Shown in pieces: positions 48,382-62,237 of a stretch of DNA of 64,000 nt. A model generated the notes under the pieces. It had not been told where the DNA came from, ran no database searches, and was given only the letters and a program-made list of their open reading frames with translations. The stretch comes from Hydrolagus affinis (Eukaryota). The translations under genes were made by a program, and so were the position numbers. Every line of letters begins with the position of its first letter. Position 1 is the first letter of the stretch. Where the stretch lies: assembly GCA_012026655.1 (NCBI GenBank), contig JAAILG010001569.1, positions 1 to 64,000 of the forward strand. Direction: 5' to 3'.

Positions 48382-48478
48382 TAGTCCTGTAGCTCAGTGG
48401 TTAGAGCACTCACCATACAAGCATGAGAACTGTGTTTGAATCCAGGCAACCTAGGGTTAAATCTTGGGCAAGTTTACC
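48382..48478 (+). mobile_element. SINE tRNA-derived head only
   Basis: GTCCTGTAGCTCAGTGGTTAGAGC..GTTTGAATCC..TTGGGCAAGTTT. Confidence 0.85.
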
Positions 48479-49714
48479 TGAAAATCCTCTATCCTTCTAT
48501 AACATAAAACAAGTGATATTTTCACTTTCTATCCCCATATCTTTCAGTGCTCATTTCTGGATTCGTGCCAGATTTATATTAATTAACAACGGCTACATTT
48601 AAGGCCAAAGTTTGCTAAAATGCATTTTACTTGTGAGACATCTAAGTAACTTGCACATCTTTCCAATAAGAAGCAGCAAAACATCAAGGCTGAAACTATG
48701 TTTTCAAAATTCTTTGATGAAAAATTCTTTTGATCTTCTACCATGAAAGAACTGTTTAATGTGTATTCATACATGGCTTTAGAGACCTTCATAATATTTT
48801 AAGAAATCAGTTCACAGATTCTCCCCCTCACCACCCAATGAATACAATTATTGGTAGGGAAAATCAAAAATCAATTGCTCTGGAAAATATTTGAATCTGT
48901 GGTTTTATTTAAACACGAAATATGGCATTTGTAAATGTCCGTTTCTTGTAAACTTCTTCTTAGATTAATAATGCATGATTTTCTTTTTGCAGACCAGTAC
49001 TTTACTACTAATAATATGGATCTTACAACTATAAACACAAATTTTACTTCGAAATAATAATCCATGCACTTGATGTGGTAGACATTTAAAACCGCTTCAA
49101 TTTTCAATGGTATATATTTTATGTTCTTTTAGATATCACTTTCTAACGAAGGGAGAACTGCCCTTTTCTTTGTGTTAAAAAGGAAAGGCATTGGACTTCT
49201 TGTAGTTAGTTTGTGTTTCCTAACTATTATTTCATACTTGTCCATACTTCATTTCTGGAATTAGGTATGACTGTGCCTAGAGTCAGAAGGAAACAATACA
49301 AGGAGCTAGGGACTTCCAGAGTAATCCTGATAAATCCTGCAGATTACAATACGTATTTAATGTATACATGACCTCAAACACATTAAAAAATATTTTTTAT
49401 GTTACAATATCTAATGTCAGCCAGTAAATTAGGAAATATGAATGGACACAACCCAAATACTTAAAAGATTCCAGAAAGACTTCTTATCAAATCGCATGTA
49501 TTCCAATTGTGCCGTTCTTTCTCTAAATCAAACAACTGATCATTTATTTTCCATGTATTTGCAATATTTATTAATATTGAAAAACTCTACAAGCTAAAAG
49601 ACAGCTAAACTGGGATTGGGGGAGGATTGACTCAGATTAATTTTTATTGATTATGCCAGTGAGTTTACCAATGGGAATATATGAATTATAATAATTCTTG
49701 CATTTGGTGTATAG

Positions 49715-50450
49715 TGCAAAATTACATATTTTTATCACCATTCACATTGAGAGGATGCCCCCAACATGCTCGACAGTAAGGATTGTGTTATACAAATGTA
49801 GGGAGTTGGGATAAGGTAGAGTGGAGGACAGAGAGCATAAGGTGGTAGCTGAACACATGGTTGAAGAGGAGGATATTGAAGTGTACGTTGATGGAAGCAA
49901 GGAAGAGAGCAAGGTGAAGAGAATGTGGGATGGAGTTCCAAAGGGTGGGGTTGGAGAGACCGAAAACCCAAATTCAGATGTTGGGGCAGGCTGCGCAGGG
50001 TATGTGGAGCAGGCCGGAACCTGCTGAGCAGAGGAAGTGGACAGGTTGATACTGGGTTAGCAGGTCATAGAGGTTGGAAGTGGCAAGTTCATGAAGGGCC
50101 TTGAAAGTTGAGGACAAGGATTTTGAACTCTATCCTCTGAGGGATGGAGAGCCAGTGGAGTTGGATGAAGATAGGGAGTTGACGTAGTCGAGCCTAGATG
50201 TGATGAATGCATGAATGAGGATTTTGACAGCTGAGAGGTAAGGCAGTAGCAGAGCTGGGCAATGCTGTAGAAGTGGGGGAAAGGCAGAATGTGTCATGAC
50301 ATGTCAGGGTGATGTCCTAAGGCACTGCACAGTCAGGGACTTGGACCTGAATCGAGGGAATTGATTGTGATAAGGGAGTTTGGAGGGTAGGAGGTTCTTG
50401 AGATGTGCCTTGATGGAGACAAAGGAGGGAGCAAAGCAATCGAAGATCAT
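49715..50450 (-). mobile_element. L2 3' fragments
   Basis: TTCACATTGAGAGGATG; GGCCTTGAAAGTTGAGGACAAGGATTTTGAACTC. Confidence 0.8.
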
Positions 50451-50469
50451 CTCATTTAGGCATCCATCT

Positions 50470-50835
50470 TAACAACAACAATAACAAAAATTACATTTGT
50501 AGAGTGTCTTTCACATCGGGAGGAAGTCTCAAAGCGCTAAACAGTCAGCCATCAGGACTCGAGCATGGGGGAGAAAAGTGGGGTAGGGTTGGAATGAGGG
50601 AGGGCACAGAAGTAGGAGTACAGCTGAAAGCACGGTCGAAAGGGAGGGTCTTGAAACCCTTCCAAATTATAGAGGCAGAGAGGCTGAAAGCCCGGTCGCT
50701 GATGGTAAGGAGGGTTGTGTGGGAGACGTCGAGCAGGCAGGAGGCTGCTGAATGGAGGGAGCGGACAAGTTGACATGGGGTCAGCAGGTCAGAGAGGTAG
50801 GAGGGGGCAATGCCATGGAGGGCCTTGAAAGTGCT
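50470..50835 (-). mobile_element. L2 3' end
   Basis: TFKALHGIAPSYLSDLLTP..ISDRAFS; (CAA)n tail. Confidence 0.88.
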
Positions 50836-51003
50836 CAAAGTGCATCACAAAATATATGGTAAATTGAATTGATTGTATATTTTGTGCGTGAAATGTGGCA
50901 GCCAATTGCTCACAGCAGTGTCCCACATTTTGGTTTGACGTGAATCAAACCCAGGTCTATCACTTGCAAGGTCAGTACTCTAACCACTGAGATACTGGAC
51001 TCT
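50836..51003 (-). mobile_element. SINE, internally deleted
   Basis: GGCAGCCAATTGCTCACAGCAGTGTCCCAC; CTCTAACCACTGAG. Confidence 0.75.
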
Positions 51004-51739
51004 ATCTATGTAATGAAGTCTATGCTTGGCGATGTGCATACCTTAAGCCAGCACTGATTTAGCCACAAAAACAATATGTAGGTTTGAAGGGCTCATTTGA
51101 AAGGTTTTGTTCTTTCAGAAATAATGAGAGGTTTGGATGGAAAAGACTATTCTGTCCATTTGAACCCATATTATCAGAATATCTACCCTACCATTAGGGG
51201 ACCAAACTGCTTCATAAATATATTCAATGTTCAGGCCTCACACACTCTTTTCGGTAACCTGATGTAATTATTGATTACCATCTCTTTCAATCAGTAATCA
51301 ATATATTTCAAGTGTTTGTCCTAAAATTGCCCTGCACAATCCCCAGCCTGTGCCCTCATATGCTGCTATCTTGATGTAACTGAAAATAATGATTCTGCCT
51401 TTAGTTTCTCTATCCCATCGGTGATATTACATACCTTTAGAAGGTATCCTTTGAGAATCACCTTTTCAAACTTGAAAGGCCCTATTTTATTTGTTGTTCA
51501 TTATATCTCATGCCTCTAGTACTTTGCTTTCTCTGGAGGTTAGGCAGAGCTCTTATTCCGGAAATCTATGGATTTCTCCAAGCGCAAACTCACTTGAGCA
51601 GCTGAAGCATTACTCCTGTGGAGCTAAATTCAACTGATTTGTCAATATTGCCCAGCATACTGTTTCTTCTTGCTCATTGGTGCCTCAACCTGTTTGGAGA
51701 TAAGTTATTAGTTATTTCAGTCTCTAGGTGTCATTCACG

Positions 51740-52098
51740 GGTTAGGCCTCAACTAGAGTACTGTGTTCAATTCTGATCACCACACTTTAGGAAGGATGTT
51801 AAAGCATTGGAAAGGGTGCAAAAGCGATTTACCGGGATGGTACCAGGAATGAGAGACTTCAGTTATGAAGAAAGACTAGAGAGGATAGGTTTATTGTCAT
51901 TGGAGCAGAGAAGGTTATGAGGAGACCTAATAGAGATTTTCAAGATCATGAGGGTAAATGTATATTTGGGGAGGACTGGTTTGCAGTTATGGGAGAGAGC
52001 TGGGGAATGGGATTGAGTTGCTCTTTTCAAAGAGCCAGCACAGACTCGATGGGCCGAATGGCCTTCTTTTGTGCCGTAAGATTCTATGATTCTATGAT
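51740..52098 (+). mobile_element. CR1 3' end
   Basis: [34 protein letters not shown]; (ATTCTATG)2 tail. Confidence 0.92.
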
Positions 52099-53824
52099 TG
52101 ATACCCCAATGGCAAGTTCTACTGCAACAATAGAATATGCACCTACTATTATTGGTTCCCATTCAAGCAACTGCATAACTAGCAGAACTACAGGATAAAT
52201 GCTGCAACAGATAGACTGATCCTGCATCTTTTGAGTCCATAGCATCTGAGAATGCAACTGTCAGGATTGTTTTGATCAGTAATCAGTGTATAAACCATAC
52301 ACATCCAGAAAATTAAAGAGATTTGTAGAAACATAAAAGGAAAATAATGGCACAAAGAAAATCAATGGGGAAGCTTTGAGATGTGATGTTCCATTTATTC
52401 ATCAAAAAGCAGATAATTTCCCTATGCCCGCAGCAATAATGAATCACTCAATTCATCTGTGATACAAATAACACACGTTGAACTTGTGAAATAAATATGC
52501 AGGAATCACTAAAACCTATTGTTCAATGTTGTGAGAAAAGTATCGTTTTCTGTAATCAAAATTATTTCCAAGGATTGAAAATAATCACATGTCAATTTTT
52601 AAAATAAGTGGGCCTTTATCTACAAACATAGGAAAAGGCAAGCTTAACCATAAATATTAAGGGCCATTTATTCCTGGATATTGTATCAATCACATGTATT
52701 GAATGTTTTTTACTTCAAGTTAAATAAATTATCCCTGGGTGGAGAGAAATGTTCTCCATTGCTCCTTTGCTTTTAGAATTGGTTCTGCCAGTTGATTTAC
52801 CAGAACTGATGCATTCACTGTTGGATGTCTCAAGCAATACATTCAGGACCAAGTGAAGATGCAAAACAATGTTTTGAAAGAAGCTCTAGTTTTCATGTGC
52901 CCTTACATAGAAAGGTAATGGGAAAGTATTGCAGCAAAAATGTAATATGTACTGTTATCTTGCCTTTCTACTCATTATAATTCTATTAAATTCTTTATTA
53001 ATATTTTGAATGCAATTGTAGACTAGCATACTTTATTATTTGATGAGGATTTATCAGCGTTGTGCCTCTAAACAGCTTAATGTTGCCTTGGAATTCGTGT
53101 TTCTGCATTCAGTAACCATTAAGAAAGAATATGATTATTAGCTGGAAAAGGTTACTGAAATGAACATCAAATGATTCACATACATAATGTTCTTATGAGT
53201 AATTATACTCATTGACACGTCAACTCAGATTATAGTTCCACTTCCATGGGCAGGATAGACTAATGTATACAAATAAATAAAGAACTTACATTTTTATTGT
53301 GCTTTATCACTTTGAAGCATCACAAAGTACGTTACTTTAATTAATATAAGTGTTGTAAATGTTAATGTGACAAACATAGCAGCGATTTGCCCAGAGGAAG
53401 GTGGAAACACAATTGAATTGGAGGATTTTTGACCAGAACACAAGGAAAAACTTTTCTCTTCAAGTACTGTAGTTTCATGAGACATTCAGGGGAACAGGGA
53501 GGTGGGACCTTTGGTAATCATATCAATCTGAGTTCCATTAATCTGTTTCTGGCATAAAGAAACCAAGATATATTGGTAGGTCTTGCAACATATCATTTGT
53601 GTAAAGTGAGTGTGAATACAGTAAATACACTTGGGAATTGTGCCTTTTATTTTATGAATGTATAAACATATCTAACAAATTCCAATATGAACTATTAACT
53701 TGTTTTTTACTCATTACAATTACTGTATATCAAATGTTTTATTAACATTTTGGATGCAGTTGTAGCATAGCACACTTTAATATTTAACTCGACAATGAAA
53801 TATCGATATGAAGATGTCTCTACT

Positions 53825-53972
53825 CAATAACAACTTTTAAAAGAGAGGTAGACATTTGGGGAGGATGTGTTTGCACAGTTATGGAGAGAGCTGGGGAGTG
53901 GGAATAAATTGCTCTTTTTAAAGACTCGATGGGTTGAATGGCTTCCTTTGGATGCCGTAAGATTCTATGATT
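53825..53972 (+). mobile_element. CR1 3' UTR fragment
   Basis: ACTCGATGGGTTGAATGGCTTCC..GCCGTAAGATTCTATGATT. Confidence 0.8.
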
Positions 53973-55281
53973 TTACTGTTGTATTTTATTTTAATTGTTA
54001 ATTCATTCAAATGATAACTTGGTCAAAGTAAACAGATACTCCTTTAGTTAAGTGAGCTACCTGTCACCTCTGTCCATAGTTCATTGACTATCAACTTGTA
54101 ACATCCCAAAGCTGGGTCTATATTTCCTAATTTCAAATGGTTCACTCTGCAGCACTTGGATTAGAAGCAGATCTTTATCTTTGATATTACTACGCACTTG
54201 GACTGCAAGGGTGCAGCCAAAACTGAAACCTCTCAGAACAAGAAACCCATCTTTCTGAAACAGTGAGTCATAAGTTTACGCATTTTTATATGTGTTGGGC
54301 TGTAAAAAAAATTATATTTGTCAATTATCACACTCCCCTAAATTGCAATCTAAATCAGTCTTTAATTTTTGACTGGTTAAAGTCTTATATTTAAAATAGC
54401 ATGTTACATGCTATTTCTTGTGTGTGATGTTTCAGTGATGGTGCACAGGATACCAGCCTAATAATTATCACCATGCCTGTGCTAATTATTGCTCTTTGCA
54501 TTTTTCTCCACATTAAAAATTAACCTACACCTTTGAGTATTAATTAAAATAAAATTCACACTTGCCACTTCAGTTCTTTCAGGTGTCTATGAAATTATAT
54601 ACAATTCTGCTAGACTCTTTCACATGAGAGAAGAGTGCAAAAAAATCTAAATTCTAGAGACCACTTGAGCTTTCTGAAAAAAAGTGATCTGTAATGGAAC
54701 AGAAATTGTATAATACACTGAAGACTTTTCTGCCAGCTGTAATAATCTCCTTTCCATACAAATAAAGTATTAATGTGGCCTTTGAAATAAAGTGGGCATG
54801 TTAACCTGAACTCTGCATAAAGCTAAACGTGGAGTAATAGATTTGTGTTATAGATGAAAATTTCCATGTGTAGGTAGCAGTCATATTTTCAACTCAGTCC
54901 AGTCTGCATAATCTAAAACATGGTGATGAGTTTCCACATGTGTCAGACACCCATCTAATCAGAAAAACATGAAGTACAGTTGGGCTGTTCCAGTGCAATT
55001 TCATGAGAGTATTTGGTTCAAAAGGGATTGGTTCTTGTCTATTACCTTTGGATATAGATAATGGGTTACAAATAAAATAATTACAACAATAAGTAATCAG
55101 CCCATGTGAACAAACATTCAACATTTAAACAACTTGTATTTATATAGTGCACTCCAGCCGGGTAGTGTCTCAGAGCACTTAACAATGGTGGAAAATCCAA
55201 CCTATTCCCACAGTATGCATTGAAACTGGCCTTTCTAATGCTTAAGCTTGGAATTTTAGGGTGCTATAGTTATCTATTTGT

Positions 55282-55581
55282 GGAGTCCTGCAGCTCACTG
55301 GTTAGAGCATTCACCTTACAAGCGAAAGAACTGGATTCATTTCCATGGAGGAAAAAACCTTGGGCAAGTTTCCTTACTCCACATGACTAATAATAATTCC
55401 TCAAAACAAAATTGTTCATTTCAATCCTCGACTGTTTGTGGGACACTGCTGTGTGCAATTGGCTGCTGCATTTCATCCACATGTATACAGTCAATTCACT
55501 TTACAATGTATTCTGTAAAGAGCTTTGAGACATCTAGAAGATGTGAAAAGCACTATATCAAATACAAGGATTATTATTATT
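55282..55581 (+). mobile_element. tRNA-derived SINE, full length
   Basis: GGAGTCCTGCAGCTCACTGGTTAGAGC; CAAGGATTATTATT. Confidence 0.9.
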
Positions 55582-55694
55582 TCGGTGAAAATCAAATAAT
55601 TTTAACTTCTGGGAGATAATAAAGCTGTGCTTGATTACATAATTCCTCTCGTTTTCATCATCTATATGCTCCACCTTAATGTAATCATACAGAA

Positions 55695-55895
55695 ACCGTG
55701 ATGTCCCCGCCCTGTGGAACTGCACCCCATATTCACTTTGCCTCGCTACCTCCATTGCCTTCTTAAAGGCACCTCCCATTTCTCCCCCCACCCCGACCCC
55801 TCCACACCGGTCCAAATTCCTGTCTTGCATATTGGCGCCTTGGGACGTCCTCCTAATGTGAAAGGTGCTATACAAATGTAAATTTTTATTGTATT
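55695..55895 (+). mobile_element. L2 3' end
   Basis: CCTGTGGAAC..GCGCCTTGGGACGTCCTCCTAATGTGAAAGGTGCTATAC. Confidence 0.8.
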
Positions 55896-56494
55896 GTACA
55901 TTCTCTACAGGAATAAAGTTCACGTACACAAGTATGTAGATTTTGTAGAAGATACTATACTTAACTCTATCATTTTGCCTCTACCCTCAGTTCTTGGGCC
56001 ATTGCTGATCCGATAGACTGTCAATATCAATAGATGAGCCCTTAACCAATAAAACTGAGGCTATATTTTTCAGCTCCTAACAGCGTCTCCACTTTCAGAC
56101 ATTAATTGTCTCAATGCCCCTGGCTGCTCACTCCAGATTACTGAGCTATTCAGACCTTTGGTGTTTTATTCTTAAAATTTTGCATCAGGCCCTGAATATT
56201 TTTTTCTCTTTCATCTCTACAACATAGCTTGCCTTTGCCATTACCTGACATTAATAAAGCTGAAAATCTCATCCAACTCTTTGTCGCTTCCAGACTCAAC
56301 TTTTCCAATGCCCTCCTCACTCACCTTCACCTACCACAAATTCCAGACTACCTTTCTTACAACATCATATGTAAGGCCTCCATTACCTACTCTACCATCC
56401 AACACACATATTCTTTACTGTTAGCGATACCACTCCTATTTTAATAACATTCAAATGACAGTCATTTCAAACCAAACCAATTTATTTTGTGTTC

Positions 56495-56571
56495 AATTGT
56501 TAAGATGATAAGTATTGAGGAGCCAGCCAGAAAGAGTGGCTGGCTTCTCAGTACTTATCAGTTTACCAATT
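56495..56571. repeat. 35-bp imperfect inverted repeat with 7-nt loop
   Basis: AATTGTTAAGATGATAAGTATTGAGGAGCCAGCCA-GAAAGAG-TGGCTGGCTTCTCAGTACTTATCAGTTTACCAATT. Confidence 0.9.
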
Positions 56572-57199
56572 AACAATCATGCTTGTTTATTTCACCCATA
56601 AAATCTTCAGTCAATTCATGTAACTGTATATTTTGTGAAGCACTTTCACATGTCTTATCTATGATATAAGGCCTATTTAAATACAAGGATTATATTTTAT
56701 TAATCATTATGTGTACTATCCGCATTCTCCACATATTGCTGTTGGATGGAGAAGTAGTGGGATTAGTGCCAGTGGGAGTAGTGCCAGTGGGACATCACTG
56801 TGTGTAAATGGGCTGTGGCTAGCCTACAAACATGCAGTGATTACACTTTACAGTAACATTTTAATAGTGGCCTTGGTATGGAGTACCGTCTCAGAGCCAT
56901 GTAAATCCTATGAAGCACTTGGGAATATCCTCCTGACCTGAAAAGTGCTATTACCAAACCAAAAGGATAATTATGTTTATTATTATTTAGTAGTTTAACA
57001 TCTATGGCAAAATTGATTGCTTTAGCATGTTGTGTGTGTGTGCTAGGAGGGGAGGGTTCAGTTCCAAACCTCTTGTTAAGGAAAAGTTTTAAGGGCATGC
57101 TTTAACTACATTTTCTCTGCAATCAATAAAACATTTCTAATTACCCATTCTTAATTAGGGAACAGAATGCCATTTGGAATATTGCATTCTCCCCTCTAT

Positions 57200-57895
57200 C
57201 ATCGTAGAATGTGACAGCACATAATCGGCTTATCTTATCTGCACAGCCACTTTTCCCTCTGTCTTGCTGTATCCACTTCCTTTAATTTTAATCTTTTGTG
57301 TACATCTATCCAATTCACTTGAGAAACAATTTGTGGGAGAAAATGTCACATTTCGACCACCATAAAGTGTAATTTTTTTCTAACCTTTCCTTTAATGTGT
57401 TTTATTCTTCCATTACACAGAAATAATGTCAGGGCTATAGAAAGGGTGCAGAGAAGATTTACTAGGATGATACATGGTATGAGTGGTTTCACCTATGAGA
57501 TGACACTAAAGAAACTTGACCAATTTTTCAGTGGAACAGAGAGGTTTGATAGGATTCCTGATGGAACCTTTGAGATTGTGAGAGGTTTGATCAAGTAGAT
57601 AGGGAGCAATTATTTCAACTGGCTGGTGAGTCAATATCTGGAAAGCATCAATTTAAATTCATTAACAAGGGAGATTAGAAGGATTTTTTTTACATAGAGA
57701 GTTAATAGGATGTGGAAATGCCATACCAGATGCAGTGGTAGAGGCAGGATCCATCAAGAGGGAACTGCAGAGATGTCTAAGAGCAATAATTTTTAGGGAT
57801 ATTAGGAAATGCAGGTAAATTTTATTGAACACATTGGTCTTTCAAACAGCCAGCGCTGATTTGATGGCCCAAATGCCTACTTCTGTGTTGTAAAT
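57200..57895. mobile_element. Two CR1 fragments back to back (57200-57395 minus, 57400-57895 plus)
   Basis: RAIERVQRRFTRMIHGMSG; GATGGCCCAAATGCCTACTTCTGTG; reverse 3' end GTAGAATGTGACAGCACA. Confidence 0.75.
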
Positions 57896-59505
57896 TTCCA
57901 TTTTAAACAGTTTTTAAAAATCCATTTTAAACGTTTGGCTTCTTGTTAGTGACGATGAACAGTCAAATAATCTATTAACCTTATCATAACCCTTCATAAT
58001 TTTAAAGGTCACTGCTTATATCATTTCTACAGAAGGTTTAAGCAACCTTAGTGAGCTATTCTGCAGCTGGTCACTATGAGGTGAATGAGAACAGCCAAGG
58101 GAGCTTCCTACCTGAAGGTAAATAATGAGTCTGCATTCCACCCATCTCCCAAACTGGATCAACTGAAGCTCACCATGCATCAAGCCTGGGTATAAAACGA
58201 CGGAGGGAAGCTTCAATTCTGAAAAGTAGCTTAGGCCTGGTTCTACAATTATTACCAACTCTGGTCAGTAAACCAGCAGTTTAAAAGAGCATCAGCACTC
58301 AAGGTTATCAAGAAAAGGTCATTCTTTTGGTTTATGAAACAGAGCATGAAAAGCATGCATTTAATACAATGTTTAACTGAACAGCATTAAAGCAGAGAAT
58401 TCCGAAACTTGACGCTGTTGCGTTACCATTGAAGTGGAGGTCAGACGAATGTGAGAGCGCCATTCATATTCTGCTATTTTTTCCCTATGAAAGGTTTCAT
58501 TGGTGTGTGTCTTCCACATCAGCTGTATTCCTTTGAGGATGAAACAAACATTGAATTGAGTGTTTGGTTCAGCAGCTCACATGCATTCTTCTGCTCAGTC
58601 TTTATTTGAACTGTTATTTACATGTTTGGTGAATATCAACATAGTTGTTTTGGCGATGAATGGTACACATTTTTTTAAAAAAAATTACTTTAAAGCCTCA
58701 CTACTTGTGAACTGACATTCAAATGACTTTAGTTTATAGCAAACGGGAACTTATCCCACGGAGAATTGCAGATTCATCTCTGCATTCTTTTACAAACTTA
58801 TACAATTTATTTTCTGCATTATTCTTATCCCTAGAGTCACTCCAATGTCACTATTCAACCTGAACAGTAGCCTACATTTACTGGGAACCCTGTCAACATT
58901 CATAGTCAAAATAAAATCAACTCTGGATTGAAAACATGCTAAAGATATTGATGCAAGCTATTATTTTGACACTTGCCAGTTAATATACTAATTTAATATT
59001 TCTCTTAATTGTTTACAAGTTTATTAAACATTGGCAGTGTGGATCATATTATAATGCAGAATCATATTATAATTGCTCACTGTCACAATATTGACAGTAA
59101 AACCCCATGATGTCTTTCTTGGTTTCAGATTGCAGCTTTGGGCCATAGTAGAAAATGATAGTGGTATCCACTAAAAGCAAATCATATTTAGTTTGTAAAA
59201 AGTACTGTTTGTGTTCAACTATGTGCTCATGGCAACTAGAAATGTTAGTTTGTGGAAGTGAATGTTTTTTTCACTGTTTGCACCAATTGTATGTATCCTA
59301 AGTTAATTGCAAAATGTTCAGAAACAGAATAAGGCTTGTTCCGCTTCAATAATGCAATTTCATATTGTCTGCATTTTCCATATCCCCCACCTTCATTACC
59401 TCTCAAACCCTATCAGGTTAGCGTTATACATTACACTAAACTAGTAACAATCTGGAATGAGCCTTCTCTAGGTAAATGGTAGATACAAGGAATTGTGGAC
59501 TTCTC

Positions 59506-60062
59506 AAACAAAAACAGAACTTGCTGGGAACACTTAGCAGATCAGGTAGCATCTGTAGAGAAAGCAAAAAAGTCAATGTTTCGGATCCACGATCCTTCGG
59601 GAGAACTGGGACATGTGGGAGGGAGGGGCTTTTAAAGACTAATAGAGAGGAGGGAAGCAGGGCCAGGGAGACACAGGAGAAAATGTGGTAGATGGTGCAA
59701 TACAAAGTGAGTGGATTGCAACAATCCATTTAAAATGGAAGAGAAGAGGTGTTAATAATACAAAACAAAAAGGGGGGTAATTGTAATAGAATAGGCAGAC
59801 CAGAGAGAGAAAAGGTGTGTCTAGGAACTGGATCATTTGGTAATGTTCACAGAAGAGGGGAGGGATTAGGTGATTGTATAAAGGCTGTGAGTATGAGTGG
59901 AAGAGACGGGAGGGTCTTCTTGCTTTGCTGGAAGCAGGCCACATATCATTGTGGACCTGAAATGTTGACTCACTTTCCTTTCTCTATAGATGCTACCTGA
60001 CCCTGCTGAGTGTTCCCAGCGATTTCTAATTTTGTTTCAGATTTGCAGCATCTGCAGCATTT
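59506..60062. mobile_element. Penelope-like element remnant with inverted terminal arms
   Basis: Arms ~59506-59584 and ~59957-60037 are inverted copies (TGCTGGGAACACTTAGCAGATCAGGTAGCATCTGTAGAGAAAG / CTTTCTCTATAGATGCTACCTGA..CTGCTGAGTGTTCCCAGC); purine-rich spacer. Confidence 0.7.
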
Positions 60063-60319
60063 TGAGTGTTGTGGATTTCTCCCCATTTGGGCTGATCCAG
60101 GTCAGAAAACGTATATTGAAGAGAAAAGTTCAGAAGTCACTCTAAGACCTAGGTGCAGTATTATGTTAAAAGATTCTCTAATTGCAATGCAAACATGTCC
60201 TTGGGACAAGGTAAAAGCACTCATTCTAATATTCCATTAGGTTGCATTTGACTTGGAGATATTTGATGATGTCACAGCATGCAAAGAAGCATAGCATTCC
60301 ACAATAATGCCATTCCTGG

Positions 60320-60630
60320 AAATCCAACACATGTTGAAGAGTATCCAAATCCAACCCATACGTACCACATACACATGGAAATTCTAGATACAGGTTGTGG
60401 GAATGGAAAGTGCATTCTCTCCCAGACGGAAAGCATCTTGCTCATTTAATTCAGGAAAGAATTAGGTACAGGTTGACAGGAGCTAAGGGTTGGGTTTTGA
60501 GTGCTCTTAAAAGCCACTAGGTGTGGAGGTCGCTATATAAGTGCAAGATGTTGTTGTTGTACTTTGGGGGTAGTGGCAGAGTTTAACCAGCTAAAACCAC
60601 TTACCTTGCCATTGTTATTGCTGTCTGACA
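60320..60630 (+). mobile_element. Old unnamed dispersed repeat, copy D (with short L2 tail inserted ~60515-60560)
   Basis: AAGAGTATCCAAA..CATGGAAATT..GGAATGGAAAGTGCATTCTCTCCCAGA..GAGTTTAACCAGCTAAAAC. Confidence 0.6.
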
Positions 60631-60679
60631 AAATAGAACAAATGGGCTAAATCTCATCCATGCACAACTCTTACTTTAA

Positions 60680-60940
60680 GCTTAGTGCCTGCTGCCAAAC
60701 TTTGGAATTCCATCCCGCAATCCCTTTGTCTCACCCCCTCCCCAGCCTCCTTCAAGTCCCGCCTCAAGATGCTCAGTTTTGTCATCGGTCAACATGCCCC
60801 CCCACCCCCTTCCCCTTTCTTCCCTCCACCCTCCCCGATCCCGATCCCAGCTTGATCTGAAACACTGACAGTCAAGTGCCTTAGGACGTCCTCCTGACTT
60901 GAATGGCTCTAGAAATGTAATTTTGTTGTTGTTGTTATTG
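60680..60940 (+). mobile_element. L2 3' end
   Basis: TGGAATTCCATCCCGCAATCCC..GGACGTCCTCCTGAC..(TTG)n. Confidence 0.85.
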
Positions 60941-62237
60941 CCATTTTAACTCATAGCAATAAGATGATTGTAGCTTTATTATTTCACATTCCCTCTCTGC
61001 TGCTTTTCTCTCAGGCTGCACCTATTGTCTCAAATGCTGCGGGTATATTTAACATATAACTTCTGTCTGTCAGTAAATGATCCCTGCATTCATTAAGTGC
61101 CAAGGCTGGAGGCTAAGGTGCTTAATCAAAGTAAGGAAGCCATTTATTGCAACAGACAAATCAAGGTTATCACTGCTGTAGCGTATTTTAGCAGAATCTC
61201 ATAATAATAATGATGAAGATTCATCACTTGTCTTTTCTAGCACTGCCTTTTGTCACTGATATCCCTCAAAGGAATTTCTCTGCTGCATTATAAAACGAAA
61301 ATACTTCAAGTAAAACTTGTTTTTTAAATGTTGTCTGGCTCTAAGAGTCTCATGTTTAGTGTTTATTTGTAGTTGTTCCCCTTTTACAGTGAATATATTG
61401 GATTTCATCTCTCAGTTGTGCTATTATCAAGCAGTGGTCAGGTATAACTATTCACTGATCTATGTAATTTAGAAGATATCTACTGTATTTATCATAGCTA
61501 TTTTGCATAACACAATTAAGATAGGAGACATGTTCAACGAAAACTGGATCAGATTGCTAAATTATTGCAGTCATGGGGCTAAATTCTCTGAAAGTAAATG
61601 AATCAAAATGAGGCAATATCAGAGGGGAAATATTGCAATAGAGAATGGCAGTTAAAAGGATTTTCATATTTTCTCAGAGGAAAAATCTAGGTGAGGATCC
61701 AATACCCGTAAAACAGGATTTGCTATCCAGGTTGACTAGGAGAAAATAATATATATATCAAAATATTGTAGACTATTTAATGACCAACCAAAATTGGAAC
61801 TTAAACTCTGTATAGATTACTAGAGGAAGAAAAGACTGAAGTAGGAAAGTATAAGTTACCAAAGTTCAAATTTATGTCACTGAGGACTACTGTGCAGGGA
61901 TTGGAAAAAGATCAGGAAATCGTGAATTCGGGAGTTGTCACATGTAACCATTTGAACCCCAAGTGCATGGAAATCAAAATTGAGATTGAGGTTACGGCCC
62001 CACAATTTAGACCCCATTGAGAAGGGAAGAGGCAGAAGGTATTTATGGCCCTGCATTATAAACTAGAGGGAGCTTTTCTTGTTGGCCTGGCCAAGAATCC
62101 TCAGAGTAAAAAAGTGACCATTCACTTCAAAGCTGTTTGTGACATATTGCTGTGGGAAAATTATCTATTGAATCACTGCACTTTACATTATATCCTTTGA
62201 AGCAGTTTGAGATGTCTTTGCAACATGATATCAAATT

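Noticed and set aside
54394-54416. 11-bp palindrome AAATAGCATGT-T-ACATGCTATTT
   Set aside because: Short and AT-rich with no supporting context; compatible with chance or local repair.
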